Positions 38,799 to 47,908 of a stretch of 60,445 bases of DNA are shown here, piece by piece. A program made the translations under genes and the position numbers. The notes under the pieces are model-generated. The model saw only the letters and a list, made by a program, of their open reading frames with translations. It had not been told where the DNA came from and searched no databases. The first letter of the stretch is position 1. Every line of letters begins with the position of its first letter. Source of the DNA: Cyanobacteria bacterium J06627_8 (GTDB taxonomy: Bacteria > Cyanobacteriota > Cyanobacteriia > CAKZMO01). The DNA lies in contig JBCBLF010000003.1 of the NCBI GenBank assembly GCA_038520475.1, positions 1 through 60,445 on the forward strand, written 5' to 3'.

Positions 38799-39674
38799 AT
38801 GAAACATACATATTTAGCTGCTGGAAGCCTCACATTCATTGCCTTTGGTTTAATGTCGGCATGTGCAATGTCAGATACGCCTCAAGGTGAGGATTCCGCT
38901 AACAGCTCTGCAAGTTCAACGATATCTGCTGATTCAAATGAAGCCGGCACACTGGAATTGCGCGCTAACGGAGAAGATTTTGTTCGCCAAGGGTTTGTGT
39001 CTAAAGATGGTTGGGCGATTGAATTTGAACATCTTTATGTCAATTTGGTCGATGTAACAGCTTATCAAACGGACCCTCCCTTCGACCCTGATGCATCAAA
39101 CGAGTTGGACGCTGAGGTCAACGTTGGACTTAACCAGAGCCTGACGGTTGATTTGGCTGAAGGTGGTGAGGATGCAATGCCCATTCTTATTGGGACAACG
39201 TCTGCGCCTGCTGGACAGTACAACGCGTTGTCTTGGAAAATGGCCCCGGCAGATGAAGGCCCTGCTCAGGGCAGCACCATCGTGCTCATCGGTAGCGCAC
39301 AGCAAGGGTCTGAAGTTGTTAACTTCAATATCCAGCTTGATCCCGTCTATACCTATACATGCGGCGAATTTGTCGGAGATGCGCGTAAGGGTATTCTGAC
39401 GGCTGGCGAAACGACAGACGTTGAGGCAACGTTTCATTTTGACCACATTTTCGGAGATGGTGATGCTCCGGCAGAGGATCCAATCAATACCGGTGCCCTA
39501 GGGTTTGAACCCCTCGCAGCTTTGGCATCAGATGGACAGCTCGATGTAAACACCGCGATGCTAGAGCAACAGCTATCAGCTGAAGCCTATAGTGTGTTGG
39601 AAGAAACGGTTGCTGGACTGGGCCACGTTGGGGAAGGACACTGTGCTGAAATTGGTGATCATGCTCACCAGTGA
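38799..39674 (+). CDS. Lipoprotein with a His/Cys-rich C-terminal tail, first gene of the CbiM cluster
   Basis: Lipobox-like LMSAC, a beta-rich body, and the C-terminus GHVGEGHCAEIGDHAHQ. Confidence 0.65.
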   Translation: MKHTYLAAGSLTFIAFGLMSACAMSDTPQGEDSANSSASSTISADSNEAGTLELRANGEDFVRQGFVSKDGWAIEFEHLYVNLVDVTAYQTDPPFDPDASNELDAEVNVGLNQSLTVDLAEGGEDAMPILIGTTSAPAGQYNALSWKMAPADEGPAQGSTIVLIGSAQQGSEVVNFNIQLDPVYTYTCGEFVGDARKGILTAGETTDVEATFHFDHIFGDGDAPAEDPINTGALGFEPLAALASDGQLDVNTAMLEQQLSAEAYSVLEETVAGLGHVGEGHCAEIGDHAHQ

Positions 39675-39719
39675 TAGAGCCGTGAGGCAACGGGCACAGC
39701 ATAGTTAAAGGAAAGACGC

Positions 39720-40229
39720 ATGGCCATAGATTGGGTATGGAAAAGCTGGGTGAAGCAACCGTTAGTGGTCGTGCTGATGGGTGTTGCGGTGATCGCCACG
39801 TCTGAGCGTGCGATCGCCCATGGCACAGCGATTCGTTATCGTGGCGTTTCAGCCATTGAAGTCCAAGCCAACTACGACTCTGGCGATCCGCTTGCCAACG
39901 CTCAAGTGACGGTCTTTGCTCCCGATAACCCATCTGAACCCTGGTTGACGGGAACTACGGACGATCAAGGCCGGTTTATTTTCACCCCCGATGAGGCGAT
40001 CGCTGGCGATTGGGATGTTCAGGTTAGACAGGCAGGGCATGGCGACATTGTCAGTATTCCGCTAGACTCTGTTGACTCTGAATTGTCGACTTTTTCAAGT
40101 GAATGGCTTGGGACATCATCCGGAGTGTCTCCAGCTCAAAAAATCGTGATGATTGCATCCATTATGTGGGGCCTACTCGGCACGGCGTTATTCTTCTCGG
40201 CGAGGATAAAGAAACATGCACATTCCTGA
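39720..40229 (+). CDS. Exported transthyretin/carboxypeptidase-regulatory-like domain protein with a C-terminal TM anchor (NikL/DUF4198-like accessory component)
   Basis: A signal peptide ends AIA|HGTAI, so the mature N-terminus would start with His. It has a beta-sandwich-like segment (QVTVFAPDN...TDDQGRFIFTP...WDVQVRQAGHG) and a terminal TM. Its 3' end overlaps the cbiM start by 14 nt. Confidence 0.55.
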   Translation: MAIDWVWKSWVKQPLVVVLMGVAVIATSERAIAHGTAIRYRGVSAIEVQANYDSGDPLANAQVTVFAPDNPSEPWLTGTTDDQGRFIFTPDEAIAGDWDVQVRQAGHGDIVSIPLDSVDSELSTFSSEWLGTSSGVSPAQKIVMIASIMWGLLGTALFFSARIKKHAHS

Positions 40230-40917
40230 CGGTATTTTGCCGGCTCAAATTTGTGCTGCCGGGTATGCGCTCGCCGCTCCCATCACTTGGTATTCTCTTA
40301 AACGAATTAATCGACATCCTGACCCAACCGCTGCAATTCCTAAAACGGCTCTATTAACAGCAACCTTTTTTGTAGCGTCCTCGATTCATATTCCAGTCCC
40401 GCCAGTTAGCGTTCATCTGGTGCTCAATGGTTTGCTTGGCGCAATATTAGGTTACTATGCATTCCCTGCCATCTTAATTGGTCTCTTTTTTCAAGCCGTC
40501 ATTGTAGGCCACGGGGGACTCACTACGCTTGGGGTGAATGCGGTCATGATAGGCGTCCCTGCAATCGTGGCTTACTATGTTTTTCAGCTCCGATTTATCT
40601 TAGAACGTCGACTGGGGGCGCGTTGGGTTGTTGGACTGTGTGCCTTTTGCGCCGGTGTTATAGGGATTGCGATCGCCGCTCTCGTTTTTTTTACGCTGAT
40701 TTTGACCACGCTTCCATCCGGTTTTGATATCAGCACTGAACGGTCAGCAATTTATGGTCTCACTCTCGCTCACATTCCGCTGGCTCTTTTGGAAGGTGCA
40801 TTTACCACGATGCTGATTCTATTTCTTAAGCGCGTTAAGCCAGAATTGCTTGACAACCCTTACCGTTCTTCGACCTCACTCTATCAAACTCCAAAAGAAC
40901 CGGCTCCCCGTCCGTAG
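40216..40917 (+). CDS. cbiM: ECF-transporter substrate-specific component CbiM/NikM
   Basis: The N-terminus MHIPDGIL is the metal-binding Met-His N-terminus typical of CbiM. The protein is polytopic. Confidence 0.85.
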   Translation: MHIPDGILPAQICAAGYALAAPITWYSLKRINRHPDPTAAIPKTALLTATFFVASSIHIPVPPVSVHLVLNGLLGAILGYYAFPAILIGLFFQAVIVGHGGLTTLGVNAVMIGVPAIVAYYVFQLRFILERRLGARWVVGLCAFCAGVIGIAIAALVFFTLILTTLPSGFDISTERSAIYGLTLAHIPLALLEGAFTTMLILFLKRVKPELLDNPYRSSTSLYQTPKEPAPRP

Positions 40918-41054
40918 TTAGTTCCGCAGTTCTGTCTGTTGTCTCACTGATTCTTTGCTGTCCCAATTTTTCGATCGCGTTACTCCATTCTCACTGCTCG
41001 CTTCGCGTTATCAATTCGCTATCTACGTTCTCCGTTACTGTGTGATTTTTCTCA

Positions 41055-41903
41055 GTGAATTTACAAATCGATGCCTACGCCTATCGTGATTCGGTTATCC
41101 ATCGTTGGAACCCTCGGCAAAAACTGATCGGACTCGTAGCTCTCATTTTTGCCTTTGCGACTGTCGACGCTCTAACGCTCGTTCCTGTCATGGTGGGAAT
41201 CACCATGGGGCTCTATTTATTGTCAAGGCTGCCCCTTTCATTTCTTCGCGATCGCTTAAGATATCCTGGCTTTTTTCTGATAGGTATCGTGTTGCTGTTA
41301 CCTTGGTTATCGGGCGAAACGGTGATTTGGCAATGGAATTGGCTGAGTCTTCGAGAGGAGGGCCTGCTTGCGGTAGCACTCATCGCATCGCGGTTTTTTT
41401 GTATCTTTACCGTGGGGCTTGTGTTGCTGGGTACGATGCCGTTTTTGACGACGATTCAGTCCATGCGATCGCTCGGACTCCCTCATCTACTCGCTGACAT
41501 GACGTTATTGACCTATCGATATCTTTATGACGTCATGTCTAATCTCGCAACCATGAAACGGGCCATGCGGCTACGTGGATTTGGATATCGCCCGGTGTCG
41601 AATTCAACGACTCGAACGCTCTTGTTTATACCCAGACGTCGGACCTTACAATTGCTCGCATCGCTGGCAGGTAGCTTATTTATCCGCAGCTACGAGCAGT
41701 CTGAACATATCTACAAGTCAATGCGCTTGCGTGGCTATGGACAAGCCAACCTACGATCGCCGTCTGATCACCATTCCCAAGGGCGCAGTTATGGTCGGGC
41801 GATCGCTTCTGCACATCCATTACCATTCTGGGCTGACACATTTCTGCTTGGAATGATTTCAGCGATCGCTCTCACATTCATGGCACTTAGCATTTTCCGA
41901 TAA
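41055..41903 (+). CDS. cbiQ: ECF-transporter T component CbiQ
   Basis: The N-terminal D..a...S.iHrwnPr.KL pattern, 5-6 TMs, and the conserved ARG-containing coupling helices (MRLRGF..., MRLRGY). The start codon is GTG. Confidence 0.8.
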   Translation: MNLQIDAYAYRDSVIHRWNPRQKLIGLVALIFAFATVDALTLVPVMVGITMGLYLLSRLPLSFLRDRLRYPGFFLIGIVLLLPWLSGETVIWQWNWLSLREEGLLAVALIASRFFCIFTVGLVLLGTMPFLTTIQSMRSLGLPHLLADMTLLTYRYLYDVMSNLATMKRAMRLRGFGYRPVSNSTTRTLLFIPRRRTLQLLASLAGSLFIRSYEQSEHIYKSMRLRGYGQANLRSPSDHHSQGRSYGRAIASAHPLPFWADTFLLGMISAIALTFMALSIFR

Positions 41904-41958
41904 CGACCTCAACGACTGCTGACCTAAACAGCCGAGTCCTTATCCCTATTCTGATGGT

Positions 41959-42786
41959 TTGACCCCACCCGTTATGACTCAAACACGGTTTCCTCGATCT
42001 TTCGATTCTGATAATTCCAGCATTCACGCATCGTTATATGACTACTCGTCTGTTGCGATCGCTCTTGATGACCTGACGTTTGCGTATCCTCACCATCCAA
42101 AAATTTTGGATGGTATTGACCTCCACATTGGGACCAGTGAGCGAGTTGGTGTTATCGGTCCCAACGGTGCAGGGAAGACGACGCTATTCATGCTCCTTAG
42201 TGGTATTTTCAAACCCACTCAAGGAATGGTTAAGGTCTTTAATGCCCCTGTCATTCCCGGACAGTTTCGTTCCGACATCGGGTTGGTATTTCAAAACCCT
42301 GATGATCAGCTTTTTGCTGCCTCTGTTCGAGATGATGTCGCTTTTGGGCCCGAAAACATGGGTTTACCTCAAGATGAAGTGGATGTTCGGGTCCGCGAAG
42401 CACTGAAGCTAACAGGGATGAGTGATCATGCTGAACGACCGCCTCATCATCTGTCCGGCGGAGAAAAGCGGATGGTGGCAATCGCAGGAGTGATGGCCAT
42501 GTTGCCTCGGCTCATCATTTATGATGAGCCATCTGCCAACCTTGACATGCGTGCGCGACGTCGCCTGATTCAGTTCTTACAACACTCCCATGAGACGATG
42601 CTTATTTCGTCGCATGATTTAGAATTCATTCTCGAAGTCTGCGATCGCGTCATCTTGTTAGATGCTGGGGCGATCGTTGCAGATGGTAAGCCATCTTACA
42701 TCATGGGCGATGAGAATCTGATGCTTGCCCACGGGCTCGAAAAGCCTCACTCACTGATTCCCCACGCTGAGCCTCATCACGGTTAG
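41959..42786 (+). CDS. cbiO: ECF-transporter ATPase CbiO
   Basis: Walker A GPNGAGKTT, signature LSGGEKRM and Walker B LIIYDEP. The true start may be ATG 41974. Confidence 0.85.
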   Translation: MTPPVMTQTRFPRSFDSDNSSIHASLYDYSSVAIALDDLTFAYPHHPKILDGIDLHIGTSERVGVIGPNGAGKTTLFMLLSGIFKPTQGMVKVFNAPVIPGQFRSDIGLVFQNPDDQLFAASVRDDVAFGPENMGLPQDEVDVRVREALKLTGMSDHAERPPHHLSGGEKRMVAIAGVMAMLPRLIIYDEPSANLDMRARRRLIQFLQHSHETMLISSHDLEFILEVCDRVILLDAGAIVADGKPSYIMGDENLMLAHGLEKPHSLIPHAEPHHG

Positions 42787-42814
42787 AGATATGGCTCATA
42801 CCAAATCCGGAGGT

Positions 42815-42885
42815 GAAAACCAGGTTGAACATTGGGTGCAACTCCCGCATTCCGGGAGTTGCACCCAATGTTCAACCTGGTTTTC
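42815..42885. terminator. 33-bp perfect hairpin between convergent cbiO and the ABC ATPase gene
   Basis: gaaaaccaggttgaacattgggtgcaactcccg - cattc - cgggagttgcacccaatgttcaacctggttttc. Confidence 0.7.
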
Positions 42886-42909
42886 TAATTCGTGTAGATA
42901 CTGTCGCGA

Positions 42910-43929
42910 TTACTCGCTGGCATAAACGCCCTGCTGACGAAGCTGCTGTACGAAGAACTCTTCGAGCGTGGGTTGTGCCAGTTGAATGGAAATCAGTTGC
43001 GCATCCATAAGGCTTAGGCTTGCCATAAAGTCAGCCGGTTCACCCTTTAGGTGCCCACACCATGTGCCATCTTGAAGCTCCAAATCGGGTATCCATTGGT
43101 CAAGAACCGATTTACGCCCTCCCTTTACTGCAACGCGATAGACATCGGTGCTGCCCAGTAACTCCTGAATCGCACCTAAACAAATGAGTTCTCCCTTGAC
43201 CAATATTCCAATGCGATCGCAAATTTGTTCAACGTCGGACAGAACGTGGCTGTTGAAAAAGATTGTTTTACCCTGAGCTTTGAGTGACAGAATGATTTCC
43301 CGAATTTGATAACGTCCCATGGGGTCCAGGCCAGACATGGGTTCATCGAGAAACACAAGCTCTGGATTATTAATGAGTGCCTGGGCCATGCCGACTCGCT
43401 GCAACATGCCTTTGGAATATTGCCGAAGCTGCTTTTTCTGTGCTGCTGACCGAGCCAATCCGACGAGGTCAAGCAACTCTGGAATCCGCTTTTTGGTGAT
43501 ACTTTTTGGAAGCTGAAATAGTCCAGCGGTGTATTCTAAAAATTCCCATCCGGTCAAAAAGTCATAGAAATATGGGTTTTCAGGCAAATATCCAACATGG
43601 TGTTTCACTGAGCGATCGCCGAGCGGTTTTCCCAGGAGCGTGCCTTTACCCGATGTCAGACGAATGAGGCCCAGTAGCGACTTGAGCAACGTTGTTTTTC
43701 CTGCTCCATTGGGTCCGAGTAATCCAAACGTTTCGCCTGCAAATACCTTGAGAGATAGATTTTTCAACGTCACAAGTTTCTGGTTCATCCAGAACCCCGT
43801 GCGATACACCTTTCGCAGGTCTTGAACATCGATGACAGTCTGAGCTGGAGCAGTCGGTTTGGAATCAGCTGTGTGGTTAGCAACTGACACCTCAGGCATC
43901 GAGTTAGGAGTCTGTGAAGGAGAATTCAT
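42910..43929 (-). CDS. ABC transporter ATP-binding protein (ABC-2/CcmA-like) with a C-terminal extension; no permease gene adjacent
   Basis: Walker A GPNGAGKTT, signature YSKGMLQRV and Walker B LVFLDEPMSGLD. Confidence 0.85.
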   Translation of the reverse strand: MNSPSQTPNSMPEVSVANHTADSKPTAPAQTVIDVQDLRKVYRTGFWMNQKLVTLKNLSLKVFAGETFGLLGPNGAGKTTLLKSLLGLIRLTSGKGTLLGKPLGDRSVKHHVGYLPENPYFYDFLTGWEFLEYTAGLFQLPKSITKKRIPELLDLVGLARSAAQKKQLRQYSKGMLQRVGMAQALINNPELVFLDEPMSGLDPMGRYQIREIILSLKAQGKTIFFNSHVLSDVEQICDRIGILVKGELICLGAIQELLGSTDVYRVAVKGGRKSVLDQWIPDLELQDGTWCGHLKGEPADFMASLSLMDAQLISIQLAQPTLEEFFVQQLRQQGVYASE

Positions 43930-44171
43930 AAAACCGGTATGAGGACTGACGCAGTGCTGTGAGGTGTCGGCATCGCCTATTACCTACAATATTGAGCTAG
44001 ATACAATGACTGGCCTGAGTCCTAGGTATCAACGGCACTATAGAAGGAAGAGGCCAACTCCAGACCATAACGCCAATACGTAAGGCAATACCACTTTTAA
44101 TCATGCCCACTTTTGTGTCAGTCTAAAGCAATAACAACTGAAATCATGCTGAAGAATTGGACGGTGATTGA

Positions 44172-44402
44172 ATGGATCGATCAAAAATCGTTGCGATTAT
44201 TACGGGGGCGATCGCGCTACTGTTAGGCGTTGCTTATTTAGCAGTGGTTCAGTTTCTAGATTTTCGTGGAGAGATGCTGCCAGCCCCAATCGACTTGCCA
44301 GCGCTCATCCAACCTGTCGCGCACCATCTAGAATACAATGTCAAGCCCGACGGTTTTGAGATCCAACCGATACAAGGTTCCGTGAGTATCGTTCCAGGTT
44401 GA
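44172..44402 (+). CDS. Small single-TM protein
   Basis: MDRSKIVAIITGAIALLLGVAYLAVVQFLDFRGEMLPAP..., with a clear TM helix. Its 3' end overlaps the convergent kinase gene by 75 nt, so the true end or the coding status is uncertain. Confidence 0.4.
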   Translation: MDRSKIVAIITGAIALLLGVAYLAVVQFLDFRGEMLPAPIDLPALIQPVAHHLEYNVKPDGFEIQPIQGSVSIVPG

Positions 44403-46430
44403 AACAAATAGTGTCGATGGCTCAATTAGGGTCATCGCAGTTGGATTTGGCGGCCCTTCAATTCGATTGATTTCATGACTGATTGCATCTAAAACGATGA
44501 TCTGTCCGGCTGAGTTCATCACGAGATATCCCCAGGGCGCTGCTGCAATGAATGTTGGGCGGATGGGTACTGCAAATCGACGAATCCGAAAGGGTTTTAA
44601 GTCGATTTGAACAATTGAATAGGTGTCATACCGATCGGTTGCAATGACTCGGTAGGGCGTTGTTGTCGGCACAACCTGACCAACCCAAATAGGAAGGGCG
44701 AGCGAACCGATAGGATTGCCCCGCCGCGTGACGACTTCAATGTACGTTCCCATACTGTAGGGAACAGAAGATTCTTCTTCCGGCTCACGCTGTTTCTGAA
44801 TCACATCTAGGGTCTTGATGTGCTGCTTTGGGCCATCAGAGAAGATCGCAACACGGCGCTGATCAAGGGCGATCGCTTGCAATAGCGACGATGATAATCC
44901 TGAATTCTTGAGACGAATTGGCTGAGAGCGAAGGAATGCAGATTTAGGAGTCCCTGGCAGCGAATGGAAGGTCAGTGCACTGAAGCCACTCTTTGGAAAC
45001 ACGTGACGCATATCTGAGATGACTGCTGTCCACATGCCTTGGGGGTCTAGTGCAAAAATGCAGTCATGAGAAAATTGGTGAACTAGAGTGACATCTGTTT
45101 CAGTAAGCTCCATCCGGTTTCCTATCTCGGCAATCGGCGGTAACTGATAAAGACGATGAGGGGTGGTGACAAAGCAAGCGTGAGGTGTTCCAACAATGCT
45201 GTGAATCGGTGATGTTGGAACATGTATCGTATGCCATTGGCGATCGCGATGGCAAAAGTATCCAACGGTCTCGTTCGTCGCATAGCAGACGGGTGGAGAT
45301 TCCAACCGATTAGGAGAGGACAATTGCTCATGCTGCTCAGACTTAGTTGTCTGCACAGCATCGTGTCGCGGCATTCCATGGTCGTTGACATCGTTCTGTC
45401 TAATGGCATTGCCGTTAACAGGAGTGTAGCCGAAGTGCTGGAGTGCCATCTTGATGGGGTATCGCGCTTCGGTTTGAAATGGATGAGCTATCGGCGCATG
45501 ACTCCGATCAATCAGCGGTTCATCCGCTGTCGCTGTCGGTGCCGACAAATCAATCGCCATCTGTTTCGCTGCTTGATGGATGGCAGACAGCATATCCTGG
45601 GCTGTTTGATATCGGCGTGCTGATAATTTCTCCAACGCCTTCTTAATGATCGGGTGTATCGCTTCTGGAATGCTATCTGGGAGAACAACCGTTTGGTTGA
45701 GGTGTGCATTCATCAGCGCGCTTGGAACCCCTGAAAACGGACGATATCCAGTCAGTAGTTCAAACAGCACAATGCCGACAGAGTACAAATCTGTTGTCGC
45801 CGAATATTGACCATAGAATCGCTCAGGTGCCATGTAGGCAGGCGATCCAGTGTTGCTGCTTTGATAGTGCGAGAGTTCTTGAGATAAGCGGGCAACACCA
45901 AAATCAGATATTTTTGCCGTCCACCCTTTTGAGGTCAGTTTTAGCAAAATATTCTCAGGTTTGATGTCGCAATGAACGACCCCTTTGGCGTGAGCATGGG
46001 TTAAGCCCGCTAGGATATCTGCAATGATTCTTAAACCACAGAAAAGCCGTAGATGTGTTTCATCGGTCATGAGTTGACGGAGGGTTCCGCCTTCGCAATA
46101 ATCCATCACAAGATATCGACCTGTTTGGGTGTGCTCAATGGCAAAACAGGTCACAATGTTGGGGTGCCGAAGGCTGAGTAAAAACCGTAATTCTCGTAAA
46201 AATTGGCGCGTCGGAAACCGTTGCTGCTCTAGATTCTTGAGCGCAACAAGTTTCCCAGTTGCCCGATGTACGGCACAAAAGACTTGCCCAAATTGGCCTT
46301 GTCCGACTAGGCCAAGTAATCGGTAGTTGGATGCATTGGTTGTGACGTGATGGAGTGAGCTAGTCTGACCAGTGAACACTGGCGTTTTCCCAAGAGCGAT
46401 ACGATTTGTTGTCTCGTGCAAATCATTCAA
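44328..46430 (-). CDS. Ser/Thr protein kinase (non-RD) with an uncharacterised C-terminal domain of about 400 aa
   Basis: GQGQFGQV glycine loop, VALK lysine, HCDIKPEN catalytic loop (Cys in place of the HRD Arg), DFG and APE motifs. The C-terminal half is beta-rich with no motif I recognise. Confidence 0.9.
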   Translation of the reverse strand: MNDLHETTNRIALGKTPVFTGQTSSLHHVTTNASNYRLLGLVGQGQFGQVFCAVHRATGKLVALKNLEQQRFPTRQFLRELRFLLSLRHPNIVTCFAIEHTQTGRYLVMDYCEGGTLRQLMTDETHLRLFCGLRIIADILAGLTHAHAKGVVHCDIKPENILLKLTSKGWTAKISDFGVARLSQELSHYQSSNTGSPAYMAPERFYGQYSATTDLYSVGIVLFELLTGYRPFSGVPSALMNAHLNQTVVLPDSIPEAIHPIIKKALEKLSARRYQTAQDMLSAIHQAAKQMAIDLSAPTATADEPLIDRSHAPIAHPFQTEARYPIKMALQHFGYTPVNGNAIRQNDVNDHGMPRHDAVQTTKSEQHEQLSSPNRLESPPVCYATNETVGYFCHRDRQWHTIHVPTSPIHSIVGTPHACFVTTPHRLYQLPPIAEIGNRMELTETDVTLVHQFSHDCIFALDPQGMWTAVISDMRHVFPKSGFSALTFHSLPGTPKSAFLRSQPIRLKNSGLSSSLLQAIALDQRRVAIFSDGPKQHIKTLDVIQKQREPEEESSVPYSMGTYIEVVTRRGNPIGSLALPIWVGQVVPTTTPYRVIATDRYDTYSIVQIDLKPFRIRRFAVPIRPTFIAAAPWGYLVMNSAGQIIVLDAISHEINRIEGPPNPTAMTLIEPSTLFVSTWNDTHGTLYRLDLKTVGLDIVF

Positions 46431-46462
46431 ACCTAATCATTCGAACCTTGAGTGTTCTTGAG

Positions 46463-47113
46463 CTACAGCCGAGCCATGATGTCATCATGGGACAGACCCT
46501 GTTGAACCATCTCTTGAATGGGTTCGACTCGTTTAGAAAGACCAATGACAAACTGATTGTGATCCATTCCCATGGATTCACACGCGGTTTGTACGCATCC
46601 CAGTTCTCGACCCGTCAGGTTAGAGAAAAATGACGTTAGGACTCCGCTCTCTAGGTAACAAGATGGCGTCGTAGCACCTTCTGCAAACTGGATAAACGGC
46701 GAATTCCAGGTTTTCACGACAACAAATCCGCGATCGCAAAGGCCTTGATCGAGCTCAATTCGCCCCCATCCATGGGTGATCCAACATTGTTTGAGATTTT
46801 GCAAGAACTCAATCATTGGCATATCAGCGACCGCAACTTTGTAATACTCGGTCAGTTCTTCGCAGAATCGGGCATAGAAGTTTTTTCCCCACCAGCATCC
46901 ACAGTTGAACAACACCATCCCTGCGGCTTGTCCAGTTTCTTGTTTGAGCCCAGCATACATTCCCTCAATTAAGGTTGAAGGCAGTGCAAGGAGGCGATCG
47001 CCTCGGCGATTTTCCAGCAATCCAAGTTCAAGATCGCCTTGGACGTAGGACTTACTGGAAAAGTAATTACTAGGAATTTGATTGTCGACAAGTAAATCAG
47101 AAATAGAAATCAT
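46463..47113 (-). CDS. V4R (4-vinyl reductase)-like domain protein
   Basis: 216 aa. It shares with the 227-aa ORF at 48262-48945 the blocks L(I/P)...(I/F)I.G(L/M)..GL..E.G.A......(G)..WG..F and a C-terminal W.....GWGR.E(L/I)D...... Size and pattern fit V4R proteins of the Synechocystis slr0144/slr0147 type (assignment from memory). Confidence 0.6.
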   Translation of the reverse strand: MISISDLLVDNQIPSNYFSSKSYVQGDLELGLLENRRGDRLLALPSTLIEGMYAGLKQETGQAAGMVLFNCGCWWGKNFYARFCEELTEYYKVAVADMPMIEFLQNLKQCWITHGWGRIELDQGLCDRGFVVVKTWNSPFIQFAEGATTPSCYLESGVLTSFFSNLTGRELGCVQTACESMGMDHNQFVIGLSKRVEPIQEMVQQGLSHDDIMARL

Positions 47114-47200
47114 AGGAGGGTTGCTGTGAATAGGTTATGGAATGGTGATGATGAACTCAGCGTTTGACGAAATGAAAAGGAATGAACCCATCCGGTAGGC

Positions 47201-47686
47201 TTAAGCGGTGACTGTGATAGGCTCTGACTGGGCATTCATGGCTTGCTCTGCCGCTGAAATATAGGGATGAATTAACTTCAATTGAGTAGGAGTTAACGTC
47301 GCTTCTAATTGTTGATTCAGCAACGAATAGAGAGCTGTATCAATCGCACGAGTGTTGTAAACGGCATTTGTTTCCGTTAGCCAAACCGTGAGCTGCTGAT
47401 CAAGCAGTTCTGAGTCATTCTGTAGCATTGACATTGCTGCATGGCGCATCATCAATAGCGCATTCCTCAAACAACGCTCTAACGTTTCTTGAGATTCGGT
47501 CGAAAACTGTATCTCCAATTGATCGGCAACCGACTGCATGATGGCAACTTCTCGATCTCGGAGACAGCGATAGGCATCAACCCGGTCTGGCAACGACTCA
47601 ACGTACTCGGTCAAGACATCGAGTTCATTTTGTTCAAGATAACGACGCTCAGCCGCGTCAAATAGGGATTCGATCGTAGGGTGCAT
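47201..47686 (-). CDS. Phycobiliprotein-fold (globin-like 'phycobilisome protein' family) protein
   Basis: 161 aa. The N-terminal AAERRYLEQNELDVLTEYV aligns with the ApcA/CpcA DAEARYLSPGELDRIKAFV helix. ERCLRNALLMMRH aligns with the chromophore-site ATCLRDMDYYLRL. Confidence 0.7.
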   Translation of the reverse strand: MHPTIESLFDAAERRYLEQNELDVLTEYVESLPDRVDAYRCLRDREVAIMQSVADQLEIQFSTESQETLERCLRNALLMMRHAAMSMLQNDSELLDQQLTVWLTETNAVYNTRAIDTALYSLLNQQLEATLTPTQLKLIHPYISAAEQAMNAQSEPITVTA

Positions 47687-47908
47687 CTTCTAAGTCCTCT
47701 CTATCAATAGATCTAGCAACTGATTCAACAGGGATAAGACGACTGCGGTTCAAAACGTAGGACTGGCAGATAGCCATCGGGGGCACTTAGATTTGTTGGA
47801 TGGGAACAGTGATGAACCCACAGATACGATGTGGACTCGCATCAAGAACTGTTAATGACAGATACACCCTGCGGGACATTGATGTCCGTGATGTTTGGTT
47901 GGTTGTCT

